The translations under genes and the position numbers were made by a program. Source: an uncultured Gemmatimonadales bacterium (lineage in GTDB: Bacteria; Gemmatimonadota; Gemmatimonadetes; Longimicrobiales; Gaopeijiaceae). From it: DNA of 64,000 bases. The stretch is from contig CAWELD010000003.1 of assembly GCA_963809895.1 (NCBI GenBank), forward strand, positions 3,424,001 to 3,488,000, given 5' to 3'. Each line of letters begins with the position of its first letter. Within the stretch, counting starts at the first letter, position 1. Below the pieces are notes generated by a model, which saw only the letters and a list, made by a program, of their open reading frames with translations, had not been told where the DNA came from and made no database searches. Below are positions 23,104 to 33,788 of this stretch, piece by piece.

Positions 23104-24060
23104 ATGTCGGATGCTCGCATCGTGCCGCGCGGAGTCATCGCAGGAGTCGTGGGAGCCACCGTCATGGCGGCGTGGTTCCTGGCGGTGGACTGGCTTCAGG
23201 GAACGCCGCTCCAGACCCCGGCCTTCGTGGCCGGAGCCCTCCTGGGCGGCAGCGGTGCCGTGGCCGCCGGCCCGGTGATCATCTACAGCCTGATCCACTA
23301 CGCGGCCTTCGTCCTCGTGGGGATCGGGATCTCCGCCATGCTGAGCCGCATCCGCATCTCGGCCCCTTCCCTCCTGGGCGCCGTGGTGGGCTTCCTCCTC
23401 TTCGACGCCGTGTTCTACGGCAGCGTGGTCGTCACCGGTGTGGACGTCGTGGCGGCCCTGGGTTGGCCCGCAGTGCTGGTGGGCAACCTCCTGGCCGGCC
23501 TGGCGCTCATGGCGGTCCTGCACTGGAGCGGCGCCACTTCGCCCGAGCCCACGCTCTTCCGGCGCCTGTCGCGACGGCCGGTGATCCGCGAGGGCGTCAT
23601 GGTCGGGCTCGTAGGCGCCGTGGTGGTGGCGCTCTGGTTCCTGGTGCTGGACGGAGCGCAGGGTCAGCTCTTCCGCACGCCGGCCACGCTGGGATCGGCC
23701 CTGTTCCTGGGCGCCGAGTCTCCAGCCGAGGTGCAATACGGCTTCGGGGTGATCGCGGGCTACACCCTCGTCCACGGCGCACTGTGGATCATCGCCGGGC
23801 TGGTGGTGGCCGCTCTGGCTTCGGCCGCCGAGCGCACACCGCCGATCCTCCTCGCCGCCGGACTCCTGTTCGTGTCCTTCGAGGCGTTCTTCATGGGGAT
23901 CGTGGCGGTGGCTGCACAGGTCTTCCTGGGGCCCGACGCCTGGTGGGCCATCGGCGCGGGCAACATCCTGGCGGCCCTGGTCATGGGGCGCATGCTGTGG
24001 GCGGGACATCCGCGGCTGGCGCAGGAGCTCCGGAACAAGGAATTCCTGACCGCGAGTTGA
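23104..24060 (+). CDS. uncharacterised membrane protein made of two tandem ~4-TM repeats
   Basis: Strong AAGGAGG RBS; halves 'GVVGATVMAAWFLAVDWLQGTPLQTPA..YSLIH' and 'GLVGAVVVALWFLVLDGAQGQLFRTPA..YTLVH'. Confidence 0.75.
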   Translation: MSDARIVPRGVIAGVVGATVMAAWFLAVDWLQGTPLQTPAFVAGALLGGSGAVAAGPVIIYSLIHYAAFVLVGIGISAMLSRIRISAPSLLGAVVGFLLFDAVFYGSVVVTGVDVVAALGWPAVLVGNLLAGLALMAVLHWSGATSPEPTLFRRLSRRPVIREGVMVGLVGAVVVALWFLVLDGAQGQLFRTPATLGSALFLGAESPAEVQYGFGVIAGYTLVHGALWIIAGLVVAALASAAERTPPILLAAGLLFVSFEAFFMGIVAVAAQVFLGPDAWWAIGAGNILAALVMGRMLWAGHPRLAQELRNKEFLTAS

Positions 24061-24105
24061 GGACGCCGATCGGGCCGGGCGCGGCCCGCCGCGGCAGGCT
24101 TTCCC

Positions 24106-24279
24106 TCAATCCCCGGAGAAGGCCTGGTAGAGCATCCAGGTGGCCACCGTGGCCAGCCCGAGCAGGAGCGCGGGAATGACCACGGTCCACAGCGGTCCGC
24201 CGATGGGCGGTTCGGCCGGCAGCGGCTGAAGCGCCTCCTGGGCGGAAAACACGGCCCGAACCAGGGCGAGCGGGCTCAC
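24106..24279 (-). CDS. small single-TM protein (57 aa), absent from ORF track
   Basis: GTG overlapping the upstream stop (GTGA), GAGGAGG RBS; MSPLALVRAVFSAQEALQPLPAEPPIGGPLWTVVIPALLLGLATVATWMLYQAFSGD; GC3-rich codons. Confidence 0.6.
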   Translation of the reverse strand: MSPLALVRAVFSAQEALQPLPAEPPIGGPLWTVVIPALLLGLATVATWMLYQAFSGD

Positions 24280-24395
24280 GATTCCTCCTCGTCACGGTGG
24301 CGTCGCCTCCAGGCGTACCAGGCCAGGCCCATGCCGATGAACGACGCCACGTAGGCCATGCTCATCCCGATGACGGTCACGAACGCCTGTTCCAT
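24276..24395 (-). CDS. small single-TM protein (39 aa)
   Basis: GAGGAGG RBS at the end of the transporter gene; MEQAFVTVIGMSMAYVASFIGMGLAWYAWRRRHRDEEES. Confidence 0.6.
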   Translation of the reverse strand: MEQAFVTVIGMSMAYVASFIGMGLAWYAWRRRHRDEEES

Positions 24396-24397
24396 GG

Positions 24398-26324
24398 TCA
24401 GCCCTCCTCGGAAGTCGGATGGGGCGTTTCCGCACGCTCCTGCCAGCGGACCTGACGCTCCAGGTCCACGAGGTCGGCGGCCTGCCGGGCCTCGTACTCC
24501 GCCGACACGGCGCGCAGCTTCGGGTCGATGACCCAGTAGAGGAGCAACGCTCCACTCACGCCGGCCACGGTCAGCACGATACCTCCGGGGCGCAGCAGGA
24601 GGATCGAAGCCACCCCGATCATGAGACAGCCCAGCACCACCGGTGACAGCACGATGGCGATCCAGTCCTCGCGGCTCCACTCAGCGGCTTCCTCGGCGGT
24701 CCACGTGCGCCGGATGAGCGGGCGGGGTCCCGACGCCGCAGTGCTCTTCGGGGTCTCGCGCACCAGTCCGCGGCGAACCGCCTCACGGTGCACCGGCCCC
24801 CACCAGCCGATGGGCCGGGTCTGCACGTAGAAGCGCACCAGGTGGTCCATGGACGCGGCCGGCGTCAGGAGCGTGGCCGGCAGGAAGACCGACCGCTCCG
24901 AGTCCCATGAGCAGCCAGAACTGCAGGTAGTCGGGGAGCGGCGGAAAGACGCCCAGCGCCGGGAGCACCCACACCACCAGCCAGGCGGCGCCCAGGTTCG
25001 CCATCCAGCCCGCCAGGTATCCCCAGGCATTGAAACGCCACCACACCACCTGGAGGATGTTGGGCAGCCACACGCCGGCCATCATGAGCCATAGCGCGAA
25101 GATCAGCCATTGCGTGATCTCCTGCATCATGAGCCCGTAGAAGAACGAGCCGATCAGCAGGATGGCGGTGGCCCAACGCCCGACCCACACCAGCTGCTTC
25201 TCGCTGGCGTCGGGCTTGAGGTAGCGTTGGTAGAGGTCCCGGGTGACGTAGAGCGCGCCCAGGTTGAGGTGGCTGGAGATGGTGGACAGGTGGATCGCCA
25301 GGATGGCGGCGAAGAAGACGCCGATGAGCCCCGCCGGCAGGAGCTCGAAGCCCAGGCGGAACCATCCCATCTCGTAGTCGGCGGTGTTGGCGATGCCCGG
25401 AGCCAGCGCGAAAAAGGCCAGGATGCTGGCGGCCCAGAAGCCGTTGCGGATGAGGGTGAGGGCGCCGCCGGCCCAGATGCCGTAGCTGGCGTCACGCACC
25501 GTGGCTGCCGACTGGATGCGCTGCGCCTCGGCGTACCAGTCGATACTGGTGCCCATGCCGAAGCCGCCCACCACGGCGATGACCAGCATGGTCAGGAACC
25601 AGGCGATGGGGAAATCCCCACTCATCCACCCGGTGAAGGCGAAGGCGTTCATGCGCCATCCCTCGCCCATGTCCACCAGGCGCGCCGCCAGCTCCGTGGG
25701 TCCTCCCACCGCGGCGATGCCCACCAGCGACACCAGGATGATGGCGAAGATGGCCACGATCCCCTGGAGAAAGTCCCCCATGACCACGCCCCAGTACCCG
25801 GCGGCCAGGGTGTAGACGGCCGTCACCAGGGTCGGGATGATGAGACCCACCCACACGGGCCAGCCGAAGACCAGCGCGCCCACCTTGCCCATGGCCATGC
25901 CCACCCATCCCAGGATGAACATGTTCATGAAGACCTGCCATCCGGCCATCCAGCCCCGGAGCAGCTCGGCGCCCAACCCCTCGAAGCGGATCACCTGCCA
26001 CTCGGCCTGGGTGTAGGCCAGGGAGCGCCGGAAGATGCGGGCGCTGACGAAGGCGCCGATGGCCGTCCAGGCGGTGAAGAAGCTGTACCACAGCCCCCGG
26101 AAGCCGTTGGCGTACACCACCCCGGTGATCCACATGGGGGTGTCGGTGGCGGTGTGGGTGCTGAACACCGACGAGGCGGGAAGCCACCAGGGCAGGCGCC
26201 GGCCGGCCAGGAAGAAGTCGGATTCGGAGCGCCGGGCCAGGCGGAAGAAGAAGAGCGCGCCCCCTACCATGAGGAGGAGGAACGCGCCGGCCCAGAACCA
26301 GTCCAGCGGCGTGAAGTGGATCAT
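24398..26324 (-). CDS. sodium:solute symporter (SSS) family transporter; +1 frameshift near 24890
   Basis: 'DFFLAGRRLPWW', 'YTLAAGYWGVVMGDFLQ', 'LPAGLIG..AAILAIHLSTISSHLN', 'WWRFNAWG'; 'LGAV|VFLPATLLTP' is split by one extra G. Confidence 0.85.
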
Positions 26325-26473
26325 GGCGGCCCGGGTTGGAGGAAGACCGCGCCCAAGGTAGGACGGGACCGGTCCGCGCGACAGCGACGGTTTGCCAACG
26401 GGCGCCCGCAGCCGGAGGTTGTCCCTTCCCTGCGCGAGTCGTCCGTATGCGAACCGTCCCCGGAGGGAGACGC

Positions 26474-27982
26474 GTGCCTTCGAAGAAGCCCAGCCGCCGC
26501 GAGTTCCTGCGCACCGCCACCGCCGCCGCCGGCCTGCCCCTGCTCGGGGTGGATGCGACGAGGGCCGGCGCGGCAGGCCCCGACGCCCTGGAGTCGGCAC
26601 GCACCGGCGGGCAACCGGGCCGCGCGGCCCGCGTGGCGCGGCCCGTCCAGGAGCTGACCTCGCGCCGGCCCCCTCCCGACGAGCGGCGCTTCACCAGCGA
26701 AGCCGTGGAGCGCACCATCACCGAGGTGAAGGGCCGCCTGCGGGACCCCGCGCTCGGCTGGCTCTTCGAGAACTGCTTTCCCAACACACTGGACACCACC
26801 GTCGACCACACGGTGGTGGACGGCGTGCCCGACACCTTCGTCATCACCGGCGACATCGAGGCCATGTGGCTCAGGGACTCCACCGCCCAGGTGTGGCCCT
26901 ACCTTCCCCTGGCGCGCGACGACGAGGGGCTCCGGGGATTGCTGGCCGGTGTCATCCGCCGGCAGAGCTGGTGCATCGGTATCGACCCCTACGCCAACGC
27001 CTTCAACAAGGGCCCCGGCGAGAGTCCGTGGAAGGACGACCTCACGGACATGAAGCCCGAGCTGCACGAGCGGAAGTGGGAGGTGGACTCGCTCTGCTAT
27101 CCCATCCGCCTGGCCCACGGCTACTGGACCGTCACCGGCGACACCTCGCCCTTCGACGCCTCGTGGCGCCACGCCATGCACCTGGTGCTCCGGACCTTCC
27201 GCGAGCAGCAACGCAAGGAGGGCCGCGGGCCGTATCACTTCCAGCGGGTCACCGGCTGGCAGACCGACACGGTGGCCGGCAGCGGGTACGGGAATCCCAT
27301 GCGCCCGGTGGGTCTGATCGTGTCCATCTTCAGGCCCTCCGACGACGCCACCATCTTCCCCTTCCTGGTGCCGTCGAACCACTTCGCCGTCGTGAGCCTC
27401 CGGCAGCTCGCCGAGCTGTGGACGGCTCTGGGAGAGGACGCGTCGTTCGCCGGCGAGTGCCGGGCCCTGGCCGACGAGGTGGAAGCGGCGCTGGCCGAGT
27501 GGGCCGTGGTGGAGCATCCAGTGCACGGCCGCGTGTGGGCGTACGAGGTGGACGGGTTCGGCAACCGCCACCACATGGACGACGCCAACGTGCCCAGCCT
27601 GCTGTCGCTGCCCTACCTGGGGTGTTGCGCCCCCGACGATCCCCTCTACCGGCGCACCCGCGGCTTCGTGCTCAGCGGCGAGGATCCCTACTTCTTCCAG
27701 GGGACGGCGGGCGAGGGGGTGGGCGGTCCCCACGCCGGACTGGGCCGCATCTGGCACCTGGGCCTCGTCATGCGAGCGCTGACCAGCACCGACGACGCGG
27801 AGATCGCCACGGTGCTGGACACGCTGAAGAGCACCCACGCCGACACGGGATTCATGCACGAATCCTTCGACAAGGACGATCCCACCGACTTCACCCGGAG
27901 CTGGTTCGCATGGGCCAACACGCTATTCGGCGAGCTGATCCTCACCGTGCTGCAGGAACGGCCACACCTGGTGGCGAAGTGA
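26474..27982 (+). CDS. glycoside hydrolase family 125 (exo-alpha-1,6-mannosidase-like), Tat-exported
   Basis: Tat motif SRREFL; 'FENCFPNTLDTT', 'ITGDIEAMWLRDS', 'ERKWEVDSLCYP', 'MDDANVPSLLSLPY', 'FTRSWFAWAN'. Confidence 0.93.
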   Translation: MPSKKPSRREFLRTATAAAGLPLLGVDATRAGAAGPDALESARTGGQPGRAARVARPVQELTSRRPPPDERRFTSEAVERTITEVKGRLRDPALGWLFENCFPNTLDTTVDHTVVDGVPDTFVITGDIEAMWLRDSTAQVWPYLPLARDDEGLRGLLAGVIRRQSWCIGIDPYANAFNKGPGESPWKDDLTDMKPELHERKWEVDSLCYPIRLAHGYWTVTGDTSPFDASWRHAMHLVLRTFREQQRKEGRGPYHFQRVTGWQTDTVAGSGYGNPMRPVGLIVSIFRPSDDATIFPFLVPSNHFAVVSLRQLAELWTALGEDASFAGECRALADEVEAALAEWAVVEHPVHGRVWAYEVDGFGNRHHMDDANVPSLLSLPYLGCCAPDDPLYRRTRGFVLSGEDPYFFQGTAGEGVGGPHAGLGRIWHLGLVMRALTSTDDAEIATVLDTLKSTHADTGFMHESFDKDDPTDFTRSWFAWANTLFGELILTVLQERPHLVAK

Positions 27983-30900
27983 TGGGCAGGGGGTCGGTGA
28001 CCGCGCTGGCGGCGGCGCTGGCGCTGGCCGCGCTGGCCGGCTGTCACGCGCCCGACACACCTCCCCGGTCCGGGGCGCCCGATCCGCTGGCGTTGGTGGA
28101 TCCCTTTCTGGGCACCGGCGGCCACGGACACGTCTACCCCGGCGCCACCGTGCCTTTCGGCATGGTCCAGCCCAGCCCGGACAACGGCCAGGGCGGATGG
28201 GACTGGGTGTCGGGTTACAACTGGTCCGACAGCGTCATCGTGGGATTCAGCCAGACCCACCTGAGCGGGACGGGCATCGGCGACCTGCTGGACGTGTTGG
28301 TGCAGCCCGTGAAGAGCCCGGTGCCGGTGGCGGGACGATATCCGAACCGGCTGGCGCGTCCCTACGCCGCCGCCTTCAGCCACGACGACGAGACGGCCCG
28401 CCCGGGCTACTACGCCGTGACGCTGGGCGGCCCGGCGGGAGCGCACGCCGACGTGACCTCGGGCATCCGGGTGGAGCTCACCGCCACCGACCGGGTGGCG
28501 CTCCACCGCTGGACGTACCCCGCCGGCGCCGCCGCTGCCGGGGCCGTGGTGGACCTGGGCTACGCCATGAACTGGGACCGCACCACCGACGCCGCCCTGG
28601 CGCTGCACGGGGACTCGCTGGTGACGGGGCTGCGCTTCTCCAGCGGCTGGGCCGACGATGAGCGCGTCTTCTTCGCGCTGCGCGCCGACCGGCCCATCCT
28701 GGGCGTGCGCATGGCCGACGGGGGCACACCGCTGCCCGAAGACCAGACCAGCGGCCAGGGCACGCGGCTGCGAGCGCTACTGGACTTCGGCCCCCTGGCT
28801 CCCGGCACCCGGGTGACGGTGGCCGTGGCTCTCTCGTACGTGGACGGCGAGGGCGCGCTGGAGAACCTGCGCGCCGAGGCCCCGGAGTTGTCCTTCGACG
28901 AGGCGCGGGGCGCGGCGGCCCTCCGGTGGCGCCGGCAGCTGGACAAGGTCCGGGTGCGGGGGGGCACGCCCGAGCAGCGCACGCTCCTGGCCACCTCGTT
29001 CTACCGCACGCGCCTGGCACCGGTGCTCTTCCAGGACGTGGACGGTCGCTACCGCGGCGGGGACGGGCAGGTGCACACCGCCCGGGACTTCACCAACTAC
29101 ACCATCTTCTCGCTGTGGGACACCTTCCGGGCCGCCCACCCGCTCTACACCGTCACCGACGCCGACCGGGTATCCGATCTGGTGGGCTCCATGCTGGCCT
29201 TCTCCCGCGAGTACGGCTACCTGCCGGTGTGGTCGCTGGTGGGCAACGAGACCAACACCATGACCGGCCACCACGGGGTCCCGGTGGTGGTCGACGCCGT
29301 GCTCAAGGGCGAGGCCGGCGGCCACGGCGAGGCGGCGTTGGCCGCCGTGCTCAATTCCTCGTACGCCGATCACCGCGGGCTCGAGTTCTACAAGGAGTAC
29401 GGCTTCATCCCTTCGGATCTGGAGACCGAATCGGTCACCAAGACCCTGGAGTACGCCTACGACGACTGGTCGGCCGCTCGCCTGGCCAGGGCCATGGGCG
29501 ACAGCGGCCGCGGCCCGAGCGCCTCATGGCTCGCAGCCACTCCTGGCGCGCCTTGCTGGATCCCGCCACGGGCTTCATGCGGGGCCGCCACGCCGACTCC
29601 ACCTGGGTCCAGGACTTCGACCCGCGCCGTTCTTCCGGCGGAGAGAGCCACGACTACACCGAGGGCAACGCGTGGCAGCACTCCTGGTTCGTGCCCCACG
29701 ACCCGGCGGGGCTGGTGGCGGCCCTGGGCGGTGACGCCGCCTTCAGCGCGCGGCTGGACCGCCTCTTCAGCGAGAGCTCCGAAGTCACCGGTGACAACGT
29801 CGCGCCGGACATCTCGGGCCTCATCGGCCAGTACGCCCACGGCAACGAGCCCAGCCACCACATCGCCTACATGTACACCTTCGCCGGCCGGGCGGACCGC
29901 ACGGCGGACCGGGTGCGGGAGATCCTCGCCAGCCAGTACCACGCGGCCCCCGACGGACTGAGCGGGAACGAAGACTGCGGCCAGATGTCCGCCTGGTACG
30001 TGTGGAGCGCCCTGGGACTCTATCCCGAGAACCCGGTGGGTGGTGTCTACGTCATCGGCAGCCCGCTCTTCGAGGAGGCCTCCATCGACGTGGGCGGCGG
30101 ACGACGCTTCCGCATCGAGGCCCCCGGCGCTTCGGAGCAGCGGCGCTACGTGCGCTCGGCGACGCTCAACGGCCGACCCTGGCCCCTCACCTACCTGCGC
30201 CACGAGGACCTCATGGCCGGCGGCACCCTGCATCTGGAGATGGCCGCCACGCCCTCCGGAGACTGGGGCCGGCGTCCCGAGACCCGTCCGCCGTCGGCCT
30301 CGGATCCGGAGACGGTACGCGCCGCCCGCGCCGCGCTCGAGCACGCCTGGCGTGACGGCACCAGCCCGGACCAGGTGGCCGATCGGGACATGCAGGAGCG
30401 GCGCTATCTGCGGGCGGTCGACGGGCTCCCTACGGACACGGCCTTCGCCCGCCAGGTGCGGGCCGCGCTCAGCCACGCCTGGGACGGCTACATGGAGTAC
30501 GCCCGGGGCCACGACGACCTGCGGCCGCTGAGTCGTTCGTATCACGACTGGCACGACGTGCCGCTCCTGATGACCCCCGTCGACGGCTTCGACACCTTCG
30601 TCCTGGCCGGACTGGGCGACGAGGCCGGTGAGGCCAAGGAGTTGATTCTCGACGGGCTCTCGTTCGATCTGGACCTCACCGTCCAGGTCTTCGAGATCAC
30701 CATCCGGCAGCTCGGCGGGCTGCTGTCGGCGTACCAGCTCGACGGCGACCCCCGTTTCCTGGCGCAGGCCCGGGACCTGGCCGACCGCCTCATGCCCGCC
30801 TTCGACACCCCCACGGGGATCCCCTGGGTGCGCGTGAACCTCCAGACCGGCGACAAGCGCGAGCCGGTGAACAATCCCGCCGAGGTGGGCACACTCCTGC

Positions 30901-31718
30901 TGGAGTTCGGCACGCTGTCGCGCATCACCGGTGACCCCTCGTACTACGAGGTCGCCAAGCGGGCCATCCGGGCCGTCTTCGAGCGGCGCTCGGACATCGG
31001 GTTGGTCGGCACGCAACTGGACGCCGAGACCGGGGAGTGGACCAACCGGTCCAGCCACGTGGGCGGCCGCATCGACTCCTACTACGAATACCTGCTCAAG
31101 GGATGGATCCTCTTCGGCGACGAGGATCTGAAGGACATGTGGGAGACCAGCATCGCCGCCGTGAACCGGTACGTGGCCGACGACGTGGACGGCCGTCTCT
31201 GGTATGGACGGGTGGACATGGACACCGGAGAGCGCACCGCCACCCGCTTCGGCGCACTGGAGGCCTTCCTGCCGGGGGTGCTGGCGCTAGGGGGTGATCT
31301 GGAACGGGCCGAACGCCTCATGGAATCCGTGTATTCCATGTGGACCACCTTCGACGTGGAGCCGGAGCAGCTCGACTACTCCACCATGGAGATCACCTCG
31401 CCGGGCTACATCCTCCGGCCCGAGGCCCTGGAGTCGGCCTATATCCTGTTCGTCCTCACCGGCGACGAGCGCTGGCGCGACATGGGCCGGGACATCTTCC
31501 AGCGCATCGACCGCTACACCCGCTACGACGTGGGCTACACGCACCTCGCCGACGTGCGCACCAAGGAGCGGAGCGACGGCATGCAGTCGTTCTTCCTGGC
31601 CGAGACGCTCAAGTACGCCTACCTGCTGGCGGACCCCGGCGCCCTGGATTACGACGCCATCGTCTTCAACACCGAGGCGCACCCGTTGCGGCCGGTGGGA
31701 GGGACCGAGGAGCCGTAG
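27982..31718 (+). CDS. GH92 alpha-mannosidase fused to GH47 alpha-1,2-mannosidase (lipoprotein); frameshift near 29506-29516
   Basis: GH92: 'GHGHVYPGATVPFGMVQ', 'FSLWDTFRAAHP', 'YTEGNAWQ', 'HGNEPSHH', 'GNEDCGQMSAW'. GH47: 'VFEITIRQLGGLLSAY', 'DSYYEYLLK', 'LRPEALES', 'SFFLAETLKY', 'FNTEAHP'. About 1244 aa after removing two bases. Confidence 0.88.
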
Positions 31719-31731
31719 CGTGAAGGCGCCT

Positions 31732-33601
31732 TCAGTTCCCTGGCTCCCTCGCCCAGCGCAACACGCCACCCGCGTCGGCGGCGCGGAGCTGGAACGCCCA
31801 GCCGCCGTCCAGGTCCGCCACCTTCAGCAACACCCGGTTCCAGCCCGCCCGCAGGTGCACCGGCACCGCCAGGTCGTCGACCACGGCGATGTTGCGGCCC
31901 TGACGTTCCGACACCGGCTCTCCGTTGACCCACAGCCGGTGGGCGTCGTCGGCGCCCAGCAGCAGCACGGCATCGCGCTCGTCCGGTGAGTAGAGCCAGC
32001 TGCACGCGTAGGCCGCCACCCAGTCCGAGGGCTGGAAGAGCGGGTTGAGGCGCAGGTATCCGTCGGCCGGGGCGTCCACCGGCTGCCACCGCACCGTGCG
32101 CCCGCCCATCCCCTGGTAGCTCGCGGCCTCGGGATCCCGTTCGGGCCCGTAGACGCTGTCCAGCGCGGGGCTGTACTCGGTGCCGATGCGCTGAGGATTG
32201 GCGAAGGGGCCCACCACGCTCCAGGGGCGGGCGAAACGGCGGACCGGACGCGGCTCCACGGCGGCCGGCGGCGCGGACGCCTGGTATCGGAGCGCCACGC
32301 TGTCGGCGCCTCCACTCCGTCCGACAGCCGCCTCGCCGATCACTACCCCCGTAAGCGTGCGCTCGTCCTCGTCGGCAGCGAGGTCGAGCCGTACCGGGCG
32401 CCCCCCGTCCAACGTCGCCATCCCCTCACCTCCGGCGCGCCCACCCACGGGATACACCACGACCTGATAGCGGTCGGCCCGCGGCACCGGCACCGTCAGC
32501 GTCCAATCTCCGGGGCCGCCCGCCACTCGCAGGCCATCGGCCGTGACCGCACCCGGCGGGATCTTCACCGCCAGCACCCGCCGCTGGTTCGGAGACGGCA
32601 ACCCCGGCAGCGGACGATGGGGCTCGGTCTGGTACCAGTAGGCCGTCGTGGCCATGTCCACGACCTCGCTGTTGGCGTGGCCGTGCTCCATCTCCATGCG
32701 CAGCGAGTCGTGGAAGGGCACCGGATCCGGCAGATGCCAGCGATAGGCCGCGATGCGGGCCAGCGAGTCGTCCTTCACCACGAGCCCGTGATAGGGAGCA
32801 GCGAACGGCCCCTGATCGAAATACCAACCCGCGTTGAAGTAGTCCTCGGTGCCGGTCCCCTGCCCCCGGAACGCGCCGTCCACGAAGAAGCGCTCGTCGC
32901 CCTCCAGGAAGAGCAGGTTCCCGGCGTGGGACTCGGCCTGCAGGTTCATCCCCACGAAGCGTCCGGCTCCGTGTGCGTCCAGGACCCGGTGCCACGCGGG
33001 CGAGTCGGTACGGGGCTCCCGGTGCCACCACGCGTGGAAGGTGGCCAGCGGCTCGGGCAGCCGGTCCGTGAGCTCCACGTCGGCGTTGACGTAGAAGGCG
33101 TCGATGACCATGCCGGTGCCGTTGCGGGCCACGATGCGGGCATGGCGCGCGAAGGGCATGGGCAGGTAGCTGTAGAATCCCCCGCTGGACACGCCCATGG
33201 GCAAGGCCGCGTAGTGGCGGCGGTCGAAGCCGTTGCCGAAGAAGTCCCCCAGCGGCGCCAGCACCGAGGGCTCGCTCTCGCCGTCCCAGTACATCTCCAG
33301 CGCGATGCGGCGCAGATACTCGGGATCCCGGCTCGCCACCGTCATCCACAGGCGCCGGATCACCCCCGGGCCCTCCACGTCCAGGAGCACCACCGAGTCT
33401 CCTGGGGCCACCTCGAAGCGGTCCCGATTGCCGCCGGTGGTGTCGTACGACGACACGTGCAGGTAGCCCGAGGTGGGCGGCGAGAAGAGACCGTCGAGTC
33501 CCAGGCCGCCCGGTCCCGAGCCCGGCGCCGGTGGCGCACCGTCGCACGCCGACAGCGCGGCGACCAGACAGCAGCAGGGGCAGGAGGCTGCGGCGGGACA
33601 T
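31732..33601 (-). CDS. DUF2961 (GH172-like) lipoprotein with C-terminal beta-sandwich; +1 frameshift near 33568 in signal peptide
   Basis: 'SSYDTTGGNRD', 'GPGVIRRLW', 'PLGDFFG', 'EGDE', 'GTGTEDYFN', 'YRWHLPDP'; AGGAG RBS then MSRRSLLPLLL|LVAALSAC. Confidence 0.82.
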
Positions 33602-33788
33602 GGACGGGCTCCTGGGGGTACGGACGAGATCCGACACCGGTGATCCTGGGGCCGCGAGTCGCTGCCGCGCGAGGGGCCGACCGACCGAGGGCCCCGCACC
33701 GATGGGCTCCTCCGGTTCGAGCAATCCTTGCGCCCGCGCCTACCCTGTGGAGAATTTCGGGCCCCGCCCGCCGATCCGGAGAACCATC

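Noticed and set aside
26392..27981. N-terminal part of the 1189-aa ORF
   Set aside because: Alternate frame over GH125; GH92 starts at 27982 with a lipoprotein signal.
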